Assembly: GCF_965283995.1 (NCBI RefSeq)
Contig: NZ_CBDIQG010000001.1
Coordinates: forward strand, 3,725,858 to 3,789,857
DNA length: 64,000 nt
From: Rheinheimera sp.
GTDB taxonomy: Bacteria; Pseudomonadota; Gammaproteobacteria; Enterobacterales; Alteromonadaceae
Direction: 5' to 3'
Shown: one piece after another, positions 9,201 to 17,156 of the stretch
Position numbering within the stretch: position 1 is the first letter of the stretch
How the letters are laid out: the number at the start of each line of letters is the position of its first letter
Made by a program: the position numbers and the translations under genes
The notes under the pieces: model-generated
Seen by the model: the letters and a program-made list of their open reading frames with translations, nothing else
Told to the model about the DNA's origin: nothing
Databases searched by the model: none

Positions 9201-10105
9201 CCGAGTTACGAAGCACTAACTTGCTGACACCTTTCTGGCGCGGTCTGCGGTTGTTCAACCGGTCCAGCGAGGCAGAGACTATCAGCCGTATTCAGAACCT
9301 AATACAGATTGAACTGGTTGCCGGACAGCTGGAACTCAATGAATTCCGTATCGAGCTACGAGCGCCGGGTGAGAGCTGGCAACAGCTGTACAGCAGTAAT
9401 AAAACCGGCCTGCATCAGATCTCCATTCCGCAGCGCCAGGGCGAACAGCAGATGGACTTAAGGCTCAGTATGTTCCTGCAGGATGGCAGTTTTGTGATCA
9501 ACACAATACCGCAGGCATTCCGCCTGGGAGCCAGTGCCGGCGGCGACAACGACGTTGACAGCGATGGCATTTTAAACAGCGATGATAAAGACAACGATAA
9601 CGACGGCGCGCCGGATGCCAAAGACGCCTTTCCATATGATCCGAACCGTGGCGTCGATACCGACAACGATGGCATTGATAACAGCTTAGATCCGGATGAT
9701 GACAACGACGGGTCCCCGGATGCAGCAGACGCCTTTCCATTAGATGCCAAAGAGTGGCTGGACACCGACAAAGATGGCATCGGTAATAACGCTGATCCAG
9801 ATGACGATAATGACGGCACGCCGGATGTCAGTGACGCCTTCCCGCTGGATCTAAAAGAAACTACGGACACCGACAAAGATGGCATCGGCAATAACACCGA
9901 CCCGGATGACGACAACGATGGCGTGGCTGATGGCAGCGATAAATATCCGCTGGATGCCAGTCGCAGCAGCGACCCGGTGACGCCGAATGCCGGCAGCTCA
10001 GGGGCGGGTGGTTCTGGCGGTGCTGGTTTAGGAGTGTTATTGATAGCGTTACCGCTGCTGGCCTGGCGCCGGCAGCACGTGAAGCCACAACGTAAAGTGG
10101 TCTGA
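6224..10105 (+). CDS. Divergent S8-peptidase-like paralog (possibly catalytically impaired) with the same unknown module, TSP3-like repeats and GlyGly-CTERM tail
   Basis: Start moved to ATG 6224, giving signal peptide 'MYHSRLDVVLFLFTSLFVFSVSAAD'. 'VAVLDSGVDYRH' and 'AHGTAVAGIIAA' are retained. 'AAGNSG' is replaced by 'EVGDSG' and 'GTSMAAPHVAG' by 'DYSVAAAQVAG'. Four D-rich units. Tail 'GAGGSGGAGLGVLLIALPLLAWRRQ'. Confidence 0.85.
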   Translation: MYHSRLDVVLFLFTSLFVFSVSAADLSMAERLRGLAPGLYQLDQSSAALSVHHAEQYLVELEQPDMLTQLQAPQSQVAPASLAAKSIPRTAISQGQWANAQLKVRDSQLNVEIALLSRIPQAVVKARLQQVSNLLVIKMTAEQASQVAQIPGVKAVWPDGVVQANNNLAEVHHVRKAAAIATTNSNRPANAGRGVRVAVLDSGVDYRHLALGGCLGSNCKVSSGYDFVDNDADPMDISDNNYAHGTAVAGIIAAKSAEFNGYAPEATLLAYRVLNSLGYGSVSNLLAGMERAMDPDGDPTTKDGAHIMVLNSRTFIDSDSQLLNHAVDNIAKAGVLVVAEVGDSGTIKAPAAARGALAVGGAYQGIVDSDSARGPGSDATVLKPEMVAEGWGVETTRLNQYIGPYYDYSVAAAQVAGSAAVLLSVDPQQSLQALRSKLINHSKAMQQTVFEHGVGELNLENALQAKIELEQHALMFGRINQPGYSLTGQKQFVVKNPTTERRQLNLKLTNSPTFFTGSLQPASFELAPGASQTVTLQYQLDSSKFTTVSSTTGAAHADIQIETDGITARLPAVFELYNSLTLTTDGNVHELRVFNAEWRLLTRQIIHSTTEQIRVNSAGPVHLLAVVNNIPPQLVPAVPEGQRVPLQFGLVLHTNVDVVTKPELSIRNTDLIYRLMLDTPTLNNQSISAGRFKTSGQAELRIGAANLFAVGIYNSCDIDCAFVAPQPMYTNALPDNAVVQISRNYLSQDLSGDVQGLVLDSQFSPVTATETRRINLTEQSRLDVRYKASTFQPIRLALDWDMVGPLTESGYLRLYHHATAGIADKTALHRVRLLADKYGALSFDSGYWQRTAAGLLERYRCPEQGICRTSGLLNNLIKFSSSAEMDLSFDSSLRYWSTALIRTPEFIGYKSEDAMFMDRRQNLIAPEYFGYPVTLTCPDQFRKVQTSIQSRLSPAEGMPDTRWYSHIEKQCSKVQIDLGYGLINPTLNGTVAAELRSTNLLTPFWRGLRLFNRSSEAETISRIQNLIQIELVAGQLELNEFRIELRAPGESWQQLYSSNKTGLHQISIPQRQGEQQMDLRLSMFLQDGSFVINTIPQAFRLGASAGGDNDVDSDGILNSDDKDNDNDGAPDAKDAFPYDPNRGVDTDNDGIDNSLDPDDDNDGSPDAADAFPLDAKEWLDTDKDGIGNNADPDDDNDGTPDVSDAFPLDLKETTDTDKDGIGNNTDPDDDNDGVADGSDKYPLDASRSSDPVTPNAGSSGAGGSGGAGLGVLLIALPLLAWRRQHVKPQRKVV
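9545..9958 (+). repeat. Four tandem ~96-bp TSP3-like coding repeats
   Basis: Same unit type, anchored by FPYDP/FPLDA/FPLDL/YPLDA: 4 units. Confidence 0.85.
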
Positions 10106-10128
10106 CTGTTGGCTTAAACTCCAAATGT

Positions 10129-10155
10129 AAAAAAAAGCGCCTAGGCGCTTTTTTT
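10129..10155. terminator. Bidirectional rho-independent terminator
   Basis: 'aaaaaaaaGCGCCTAGGCGCttttttt': a GC palindrome flanked by an A-run and a T-run, between convergent genes ending at 10105 (+) and 10190 (-). Confidence 0.8.
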
Positions 10156-10189
10156 GTCTGGCATTGCGGACAACGCCGCCATCCAGCGG

Positions 10190-10939
10190 CTATTTCGCTG
10201 AAAGCCTTACCAGATTATCCACAATCACTGCACTGGCGATGCCGACATTTAAGCTCTCAGCCTGACCAAAGGCCGGGATCGTCACCCGACGGTTGACGTG
10301 AGCGGCAATACTGTCGCTGATACCGTTGGCTTCATTGCCCAAGACGATAAAACCACCGGCTTTGGGCAAGGCCAGCTGATGCACGGAATCGCCGTTTAAA
10401 AAAGCGCCGTACACCGGTTGCTGTGCCTTTTCCAACCACGGCGTTAAATCGCCGTAATGCAGTTTGACGCGTAAAAACGAGCCTTTGGCACTGGCAATCA
10501 CTTTGGGGTTAAAGGCATCGACGGTGTCGGCTGAGCACAGCAGATGCCGGATGCCATACCAATCGGCGATGCGGATGATAGTGCCGAGATTGCCCGGATC
10601 GTTGACGTTATCCAGCACCAGCGTCCAGTGGCCGTCGGTCTCCACAAAAGGTGCATATTGCGGGATAGCCACTACGGCGAGCGCGGCATTATTGCTGGTA
10701 AAAGTGCCAACCTGCTCCAGCGAGCTGGCGGAGCAGGGCTGACTCATTTCGGCGGCATATGCCGTTTCCGGATAACGATCAAAAAAATCTGCCGTACCAA
10801 ACAAGGCTTTGACCGGCCAGTGCGCGGCCAACACTTCCAGCACTGCTTTTTCACCTTCGACAAAAAACAGTTGTTCTGCTTTTCGAAACTTCTTTAAATG
10901 CAGTGACTTAATCAGTTTTGACCACTTCTGGCTAATCAT
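10190..10939 (-). CDS. TrmH/SpoU-family RNA 2'-O-methyltransferase (RlmB-like)
   Basis: SpoU motifs 'LDNVNDPGNLGTIIRIADWYG', 'VLGNEANGIS' and 'IPAFGQAESLNVGIASAVI'. Confidence 0.85.
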   Translation of the reverse strand: MISQKWSKLIKSLHLKKFRKAEQLFFVEGEKAVLEVLAAHWPVKALFGTADFFDRYPETAYAAEMSQPCSASSLEQVGTFTSNNAALAVVAIPQYAPFVETDGHWTLVLDNVNDPGNLGTIIRIADWYGIRHLLCSADTVDAFNPKVIASAKGSFLRVKLHYGDLTPWLEKAQQPVYGAFLNGDSVHQLALPKAGGFIVLGNEANGISDSIAAHVNRRVTIPAFGQAESLNVGIASAVIVDNLVRLSAK

Positions 10940-10950
10940 AAAAGACCTTG

Positions 10951-10992
10951 TTTATTCACGGACGATTTATTCACGGACGATTTATTCCCGGA
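10951..10992. repeat. 15-bp tandem repeat (2 full units plus a partial one) overlapping the stop codon of the amidohydrolase gene
   Basis: 'tttattcacggacga' at 10951-10965 and 10966-10980, then 'tttattcccgga' at 10981-10992. Confidence 0.8.
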
Positions 10993-12661
10993 ATTGGTAT
11001 TTCAGTTCGCCGCCGACATAGGTCGCCAGCACTTTAGTTTGCCACAGCTGTTCCGGCGCGACTTTGACGATGTCGCGGTCGACCAGAATAAAATCAGCCC
11101 ACATACCTGGCGCCAGGCTGCCCATGCTCTGATCCTGGAAGGCGCCATAGGCGGCATCGACGCTAAAACTGCGTAAGGCCTCAACCAGCGTCAGTTTCTG
11201 CTCTGGTAACCAACCACCGGCCGGTTGATTTTGCTGGTCTTGTCTTGTTACAGCGGCATGGATGCCGAAAAATGGATTGGCCAGTTCCACCGGATAATCT
11301 GAGCCACCGACAATGCGGTTGCCGTCATCGACCAATGAGCGCCAGGCATAAGCACCGCGTAGCCGCGCCACGCCTAACCGATCTCCGGCCATGTTTTTGT
11401 CGGACGTCGCATGCGTCGGTTGCATCGATGGCAGCACATGCAATTTCGCAAACCGGGGTAAGTCTTTAGGGGCAACGATTTGCGCATGTTCAATGCGGTG
11501 ACGACCAGCTTTGCGCTGCACTTCGGTTTGTAAGCTTTCAAAGCGATCTAACGCCAGCTGGTTGGCATAATCGCCAATCGCGTGCACGTTGGCCTGAAAA
11601 CCGGCGTCTATGGTCAGTTTCATCACGGCGGTCAGTTTATCCGGCTGTGTCACTAACAAACCGGTTTCTTTTGGCTTGTCGCTGTAAGGCGCGAGCAATG
11701 CCGCGCCGCGGCTGCCGAGCGCACCGTCGCCATATATTTTCACCGAGCGCACATCGAGCAGGTCGAGCGGGTCGTCCACCGGACCGGCTTTTAGCCATGC
11801 TTCGAGCGCCGGATCTGTCGCCGACAACATCGGATAGAGCCGCAGCGGCAGTTGTTTTGCTGCACGTAATTGCTGGTAAGTAGCCAGATTGGCCGCGTCG
11901 ATACCGGCATCATGCGTGCTGGTGATGCCCAGCGATAACAGATGGGCAAATGCGGCATTCAGCGCACTGACGCGTTCGGCTTCATTGATAGCGGGGATTT
12001 GTTTCTCTAACAATAACATGGCGTTATCAATCAGCACGCCGGTCGGCTCGCCATTGGCGTCGCGGATGATTTGGCCCCCCGGCGGGTCAATACTGTCTTT
12101 GCTGATACCAGCCAGTTGCAATGCTTTGCTGTTGGCCCAGCCGGCATGACCGTCGACGCGGCTCAGCCACACCGGTTTATCTTTGATCACTTCATCGAGC
12201 AGCTGCTTGCCGGGAAATTGCTGGCTTGGCCATAACACCTGATTCCAGCCGCGGCCTAAGATCCACTGCGCTTGCGGATTGGCTTTGGCAAAAGCGGCGG
12301 TTTTAGTGACGGCCTGTGCTTCTGAGCTGCTTTCGCGTAAATCAACCTGACTCAGGTTCTGACCGAGGCCCAGCACATGGCCGTGGCCGTCAATCAACCC
12401 GGGCAGCAAGGTGCGGCCCATGCCATCGATTTTGCTGGCATCCGGATAGTCTTTGGCGATGCCCTGGCCGCGTGCCAACACTTTGCCACTGGCATCATCA
12501 AACACCAGTTCACTGAATGACAGCAGCTGGCGCTGATCGTCAAAACCGTAGCCTTTAATATTAGTAATGAGCACTGGTGCAGCGCTGGCGGTCGCAGACA
12601 AGGTAAAACAGCCGGAAATCAACAAGGCCAGCAGGGACTGCCGGCGGGACAGACAAGACAT
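10982..12661 (-). CDS. Secreted metal-dependent amidohydrolase (amidohydrolase-3 / YtcJ-like)
   Basis: 'LLPGLIDGHGHVLGLG' metal-binding motif. Start set at ATG 12661 (GGAG 7 nt upstream), giving 'MSCLSRRQSLLALLISGCFTLSATASA', a possibly Tat-type signal peptide. Confidence 0.8.
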   Translation of the reverse strand: MSCLSRRQSLLALLISGCFTLSATASAAPVLITNIKGYGFDDQRQLLSFSELVFDDASGKVLARGQGIAKDYPDASKIDGMGRTLLPGLIDGHGHVLGLGQNLSQVDLRESSSEAQAVTKTAAFAKANPQAQWILGRGWNQVLWPSQQFPGKQLLDEVIKDKPVWLSRVDGHAGWANSKALQLAGISKDSIDPPGGQIIRDANGEPTGVLIDNAMLLLEKQIPAINEAERVSALNAAFAHLLSLGITSTHDAGIDAANLATYQQLRAAKQLPLRLYPMLSATDPALEAWLKAGPVDDPLDLLDVRSVKIYGDGALGSRGAALLAPYSDKPKETGLLVTQPDKLTAVMKLTIDAGFQANVHAIGDYANQLALDRFESLQTEVQRKAGRHRIEHAQIVAPKDLPRFAKLHVLPSMQPTHATSDKNMAGDRLGVARLRGAYAWRSLVDDGNRIVGGSDYPVELANPFFGIHAAVTRQDQQNQPAGGWLPEQKLTLVEALRSFSVDAAYGAFQDQSMGSLAPGMWADFILVDRDIVKVAPEQLWQTKVLATYVGGELKYQFRE

Positions 12662-12744
12662 CGCAAACTCCGTGTACGTGGGCCACAGCCGGAGGCTGAC
12701 CAAAGGGGGTCATTCTGCAGATGTGGCGAACCTGGGTCAGGGCG

Positions 12745-13680
12745 TCAGCGACGGTTTTTCTTGGTGCGGCGCGCCCGTTCTTTATCACGCTCCGCTTTTT
12801 CTTTGGTTTTGCGGGCTTCTTCTAACTTAGCATTGGTCACTTCGGCTGTCACCATATCAGGGGTTTCCAGCGTGATCGGGCCAAACAGACCGGCGCGCAG
12901 TTCGTTAATCAGGATAGCGCCGGCTTTGGTCACATCAACGATCCCGCCTTTCACCATACAACCGCGACGCTCACCAATGGCGTCGAGCAGCGCCAGGTCA
13001 TTTTCCGGTTTTTCTTTCAGCTGATAACGGCTTAACACCTGATCGGCATAATGTTCCAGCAGATATTCGGCCGCGAACATCGCGATATCGCCGTAATCAA
13101 AGGCAGTTTCTTTAATCGCGCCGGTGATGGCGAGGCGATAACCACAGCTGGCCGGACTCAGTTTGGGCCAGAGGAATCCCGGCGTGTCGGTCAGGATCAC
13201 GCCGTTGTCGAGTTTAATCCGTTGCTGCGATTTAGTGACACCGGCTTCGTTACCGGTTTTGGCAATAATCCGGCCGGCTAAGGTATTGATCAGCGTTGAT
13301 TTACCGACGTTTGGAATGCCCATAATCATCGCGCGTGGACCGCGTACATCGAAGTTACGGTCTGGTAATAAGGTGGTGCACAGGTCGAGCAAAGCACGGA
13401 TCTGCGCCGGATCCTGCTGACTGATTGGAATGGCTTTGACGCCGGCTTCCTGCTCAAAGTGCGCCTGCCAAATCGCCGTGATGGCAGGATCAGCCAGGTC
13501 CGCTTTATTCAGCACTTTAATACAAGGCGTGTCGCCGCGCAGTTCCGGCACCAATGGGTTTTCACTGGAAAATGGAATTCGGGCGTCGAGCATCTCGATG
13601 ATGACATCAACCTGGGGCATCACCTCCGCAATTTCTTTGCGGGCTTTATGCATATGACCCGGGAACCAGTTAATTGACAT
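12745..13680 (-). CDS. rbgA: Ribosome-biogenesis GTPase YlqF/RbgA (circularly permuted GTPase) with a K/R/E-rich C-terminal tail
   Basis: 'MSINWFPGHMHKARKEI', 'DARIPFSS', 'LNKADL' (G4 before G1) and 'GIPNVGKSTLIN' (G1). Start at ATG 13680. Confidence 0.88.
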   Translation of the reverse strand: MSINWFPGHMHKARKEIAEVMPQVDVIIEMLDARIPFSSENPLVPELRGDTPCIKVLNKADLADPAITAIWQAHFEQEAGVKAIPISQQDPAQIRALLDLCTTLLPDRNFDVRGPRAMIMGIPNVGKSTLINTLAGRIIAKTGNEAGVTKSQQRIKLDNGVILTDTPGFLWPKLSPASCGYRLAITGAIKETAFDYGDIAMFAAEYLLEHYADQVLSRYQLKEKPENDLALLDAIGERRGCMVKGGIVDVTKAGAILINELRAGLFGPITLETPDMVTAEVTNAKLEEARKTKEKAERDKERARRTKKNRR

Positions 13681-13883
13681 CACACATCTCCAGAACGACA
13701 ACAAAGCCGGTTATTTTAGCCCGAACCGGCGCTGACCGGAAATCTTTCGCAAGGTTGCGACCTATATTCATCGAAAAAAATGCTTTAACGACTGAATTTG
13801 TTACACATTTGTTGGTCTTTGAACTGTGATGCAGCGTATGCTGCTTTGTAATTTTGTATTGGTCTAAGATGAGGAACCACAGG

Positions 13884-15371
13884 ATGGCCCCGGCGCTGCG
13901 CTCGTTTTCTGTTTATCACATCCCATCAGGCAAACTGCTGACCGCATGTCTGGCCGGCGCGTTAGTGCTGACGCCGGTGCAGGCGCTGCAACTCAAAGCG
14001 ACCACGATCGAACTGGCACATCCGGCCAACGGCAGCGTGCTGCGCTTGCCTGGTCAAGCGGTATTGTTGGTATCTGGCCACAATCATGAATTCCGTTGGC
14101 TCAGCCTTGTGGACTATGCCAACAACAGCACTGAACAAATTGCCTTGCCGGTGCAGGTGCAATTTTTCCAGCCGGCGACATTAGCCGGCCATAGCGGCAG
14201 TCAGCTGGTGGCGATGGGGCAGGACGCACTGTGGCATTATCAGACCGACAGTAAAAAATGGCGGCAACTTACCAGCGCACCTTCTGCCTATCCGGTGACG
14301 GATGCCAAACGGATGCTGGAGCTGGAATTCGCTGCCGATTTGGACCAAAACGGCCTGACCGACTTTCTAGTGCCGGATTTTCGCGCCCTGCAGGTGCTGA
14401 TGCAGCAAAAAGACGGCACATTCCGCACTTATTCTCTGCCAATTGCTGCACAAATGCAGATTTTCCAGAAAGATCCGGACTTTTTACTGAAAACGCCGCG
14501 TCAGGTCGATTTCACGCTGGACGGTCGCACCGACATTGTTTTTAACGTCGATGACAGTCTGTGGGTTTATCCGCAGCAGGCCGACGGCAGCTTTGCCACC
14601 ACGGCCACTGTGGTGCCGTTGGGGCTCGGGCTGACACCGGACGTGCAGGCACAACAGCGCGGCGGTGATGGCCGCAGCTATGAAGGCCTGACCATTACAA
14701 GGCTGGAACGGTTACTCGACTTAAATGGCGATAAAGTCACCGATTTAGTCGTGCAACAACAGCATTATGTTGATGTGATGGAGCAGAAATACAGCTACCG
14801 CATCCACTATGGCCGTAACGACAACGGCAAGCTGGTATTCCCAACGACCGCTGATCAGCAAATCAACACCACCGGCGTGCAGTTTGACGTGCAGTTCGCA
14901 GATTTAGACGCCGACGGCCGCTTAGATTTTTACACGCCGGCGGCGGATATCGGCATCAGCAAAATCGTGTCGGCGCTGTTAACCGGCTCTGCTTCAGTCG
15001 ACTGGTTGTTCTACAAACAACAGGCCGACGGCAGTTTTGGTACTAAGCCTGTGCATCGTCAGGAAGTGGATGTGGGCATTTCGCTTGGCAGTGGCCAGTT
15101 TAACCTGCCGGTGACCGCGGTGTTAAAAGGTGCCGACGGCAAAGCGACGCTGGTCAAAGCAGAAGACGACGATACTTTGCGTAGCTACGCACCGGTTGGC
15201 GCGAAGCTGTTTTCGGATAAAAGCACGCGGCAGAATATTAAGCTGCCAAAACGCGCCATTAACTTGCTGGTCAATGACTTAAACGATGATGGCAAAGAAG
15301 ATCTGGTGCTGCCGTTTGGTGCGCAGGAAGCCAAAGGCCAGACCAATCAAATCACTATTTTATTGCAATAA
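13884..15371 (+). CDS. Secreted FG-GAP/VCBS-like repeat protein
   Basis: Recurrent Ca-binding loops 'DLDQNGLTDFLV', 'DFTLDGRTDIVF', 'DLNGDKVTDLVV', 'DLDADGRLDFY' and 'DLNDDGKEDLVL'. Signal peptide 'LLTACLAGALVLTPVQA'. GAGG lies 9 nt before ATG 13884. Confidence 0.7.
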   Translation: MAPALRSFSVYHIPSGKLLTACLAGALVLTPVQALQLKATTIELAHPANGSVLRLPGQAVLLVSGHNHEFRWLSLVDYANNSTEQIALPVQVQFFQPATLAGHSGSQLVAMGQDALWHYQTDSKKWRQLTSAPSAYPVTDAKRMLELEFAADLDQNGLTDFLVPDFRALQVLMQQKDGTFRTYSLPIAAQMQIFQKDPDFLLKTPRQVDFTLDGRTDIVFNVDDSLWVYPQQADGSFATTATVVPLGLGLTPDVQAQQRGGDGRSYEGLTITRLERLLDLNGDKVTDLVVQQQHYVDVMEQKYSYRIHYGRNDNGKLVFPTTADQQINTTGVQFDVQFADLDADGRLDFYTPAADIGISKIVSALLTGSASVDWLFYKQQADGSFGTKPVHRQEVDVGISLGSGQFNLPVTAVLKGADGKATLVKAEDDDTLRSYAPVGAKLFSDKSTRQNIKLPKRAINLLVNDLNDDGKEDLVLPFGAQEAKGQTNQITILLQ

Positions 15372-15388
15372 ACCACAAGGAAAAGCGG

Positions 15389-15949
15389 ATGAAGCTGGTA
15401 AAAAGTGCGGTGTTGTTATTAGGTTTGGCTGGAGTTGGTGTTTTGCAGGCGGCGCCAACCGCCGTGATTGAAACCACTATCGGCACTATGAAGTTTGAGT
15501 TGCACCAGCAAGCGGCGCCGCAAACCACCGCGCGTTTTATCGAATTGGCCAAAGCCGGCTGGTACAACGGCAAATCCTTTTACCGCGTGGTCAAAGGCCA
15601 CGTCGCCCAGGCCGGCATCAATGACGACAATCATCCGGACCATCAGAAGTACCGCGTCCCGGCCGAGTTCTCCGACAAGTTACCCCACATCCGCGGCAGC
15701 CTCGGCATGGCCCGTGATGAAGACCCCAATAGCGGCAGCACCGAATTTTTTATCTGTTTAGAACGCCGCGCGCACTTAGACGGCAAATACACCAATTTCG
15801 GCCAGCTGACCGACGGCGACAAAGTACTGGATGCCTTTGCCGCGCTGCCGGTCGAAGAGAAATGGATCGACAATCCGGGCGCAAAACCTATTGCCTTCCA
15901 TAGCCCGAAACAGCCGGTTTTGATTAAGCAGATTCGGATTGAGCCTTGA
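15389..15949 (+). CDS. ppiA: Periplasmic cyclophilin-type peptidyl-prolyl cis-trans isomerase
   Basis: Signal peptide, then 'GTMKFELHQQAAPQTTARFIELAKAGWYNGKSFYRVVKGHVAQAG' and 'GSLGMARDEDPNSGSTEFFI'. Confidence 0.88.
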   Translation: MKLVKSAVLLLGLAGVGVLQAAPTAVIETTIGTMKFELHQQAAPQTTARFIELAKAGWYNGKSFYRVVKGHVAQAGINDDNHPDHQKYRVPAEFSDKLPHIRGSLGMARDEDPNSGSTEFFICLERRAHLDGKYTNFGQLTDGDKVLDAFAALPVEEKWIDNPGAKPIAFHSPKQPVLIKQIRIEP

Positions 15950-16096
15950 GTGGTGCTATTGATTCAAAGGCTCTGATAGCAGTGCGGTATCACCACTGCG
16001 AACCAGAGCTTTCATAACTTCAATGTCTAAGGGATCCGCAGCAAACGGCACAGTCGCTTACACAGCAGACACGCCGTAGATACGTCCTTGTAGGCT

Positions 16097-16122
16097 CCTC
16101 TGCGGCATCCCTGCCGCAGAGG
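16097..16122. other. Perfect 11-bp-stem hairpin in an intergenic region
   Basis: 'CCTCTGCGGCA tccc TGCCGCAGAGG'. Confidence 0.7.
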
Positions 16123-16146
16123 GTCTGCTTTAATAATCGACCGGCC

Positions 16147-16285
16147 GTTTTGCGAGTTCTTTTGAATCATCGTGTTGTGCCAATAGCGGACGATTTTTAA
16201 TCGTCATGTACGGCGGCGCTTCGCTTGCACGTACCTACTCGCTAATTGAGATCGTAGGTACCGGCAAGCGCAGCGTCGCCGTACA
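16147..16285. repeat. REP/BIME-like palindromic element, copy A
   Basis: Leader '..gagttcttttgaatcatcg..ttgtgccaatagcggac..', then inverted arms 'GTACGGCGGCGCTTCGCTTGCACGTACCTAC' / 'GTAGGTACCGGCAAGCGCAGCGTCGCCGTAC'. Confidence 0.8.
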
Positions 16286-16544
16286 ATCCCGCAATGTTCG
16301 ATGACTGCTTTTCGCTCGTAATAGCCATTAAAAGCCCCAACAAGACTTGGGTCCAGAACCCCATCGATTGCAATGACAAGCTTTTGCGTCGGTTGCGGAG
16401 ATGTTAACTTCTGAGCATTTATAAAATCGGATGGGTGTCCAGAGAGTGCAGCACTTTACTGCCATATTATACGCATCAAGATTCGACTAGAACTTTCAGT
16501 CTGTTCACCGAAATGCGTGAGGTATGAATTGATAGGAGTATTTA

Positions 16545-16751
16545 ATGTTTGACTCTGGTTATGTTACACCATGGTTTTATAGAGGCTGGATGTTTCTAGC
16601 ATCAGAAAACTATCGATATGTCGTTCGAAAAATATGGACAACAAAGCCAGATTGGTACAAGTATGTTGATATCGCAGGCTCAATTGCTGTGATGATTCTG
16701 GAGATTGTTATTATAGTTTCTGCGTACACAATTCACTCTACGGCCACTTAA
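16545..16751 (+). CDS. Hypothetical small protein (68 aa) with a C-terminal TM helix, inside an AT-rich islet
   Basis: AGGAG lies 8 nt upstream of the ATG. 'IAGSIAVMILEIVIIVSAYTI' is a hydrophobic helix. No family recognised. Confidence 0.35.
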   Translation: MFDSGYVTPWFYRGWMFLASENYRYVVRKIWTTKPDWYKYVDIAGSIAVMILEIVIIVSAYTIHSTAT

Positions 16752-16844
16752 TTTGGATGAGGACAAGGCCCGGATGGATATCTTTGCAATGCGTTAGGTT
16801 AACGAAAAAACGAATGCCCGCAAATCAGGAAAAGCAGACAAACG

Positions 16845-16976
16845 GTTGTTTCGAGTTCATTTGAATCGTCGCTTTGTGCCAATTGCTGACATTGTTAAAT
16901 GTACGGTGGCGCTTCGCTTACCGTACCTACCTTTGGGAACCGATCGTAGGTACGGCAAGCAACGCGCCGCCGTACA
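16845..16976. repeat. REP/BIME-like palindromic element, copy B (same orientation as copy A)
   Basis: '..gagttcatttgaatcgtcgctttgtgccaattgctgac..GTACGGTGGCGCTTCGCTTACCGTACCTAC..GTAGGTACGGCAAGCAACGCGCCGCCGTAC'. Confidence 0.8.
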
Positions 16977-17156
16977 ACAAACACCCTTTCTTATGTCCGT
17001 AATTCGCTCAAAGCTTCTATCCCCAAACCCCAACAAACCCAGCATCGGCATCCACGGAGTGAGCGGTTAAGAGTGAGCGCGGGAGGCGCGAACGGGCGAA
17101 CGCAGTGGTGGCGGTGTTGGGTTTGCCACGATGTGCCAACTACTCAGAAAGCTAGA

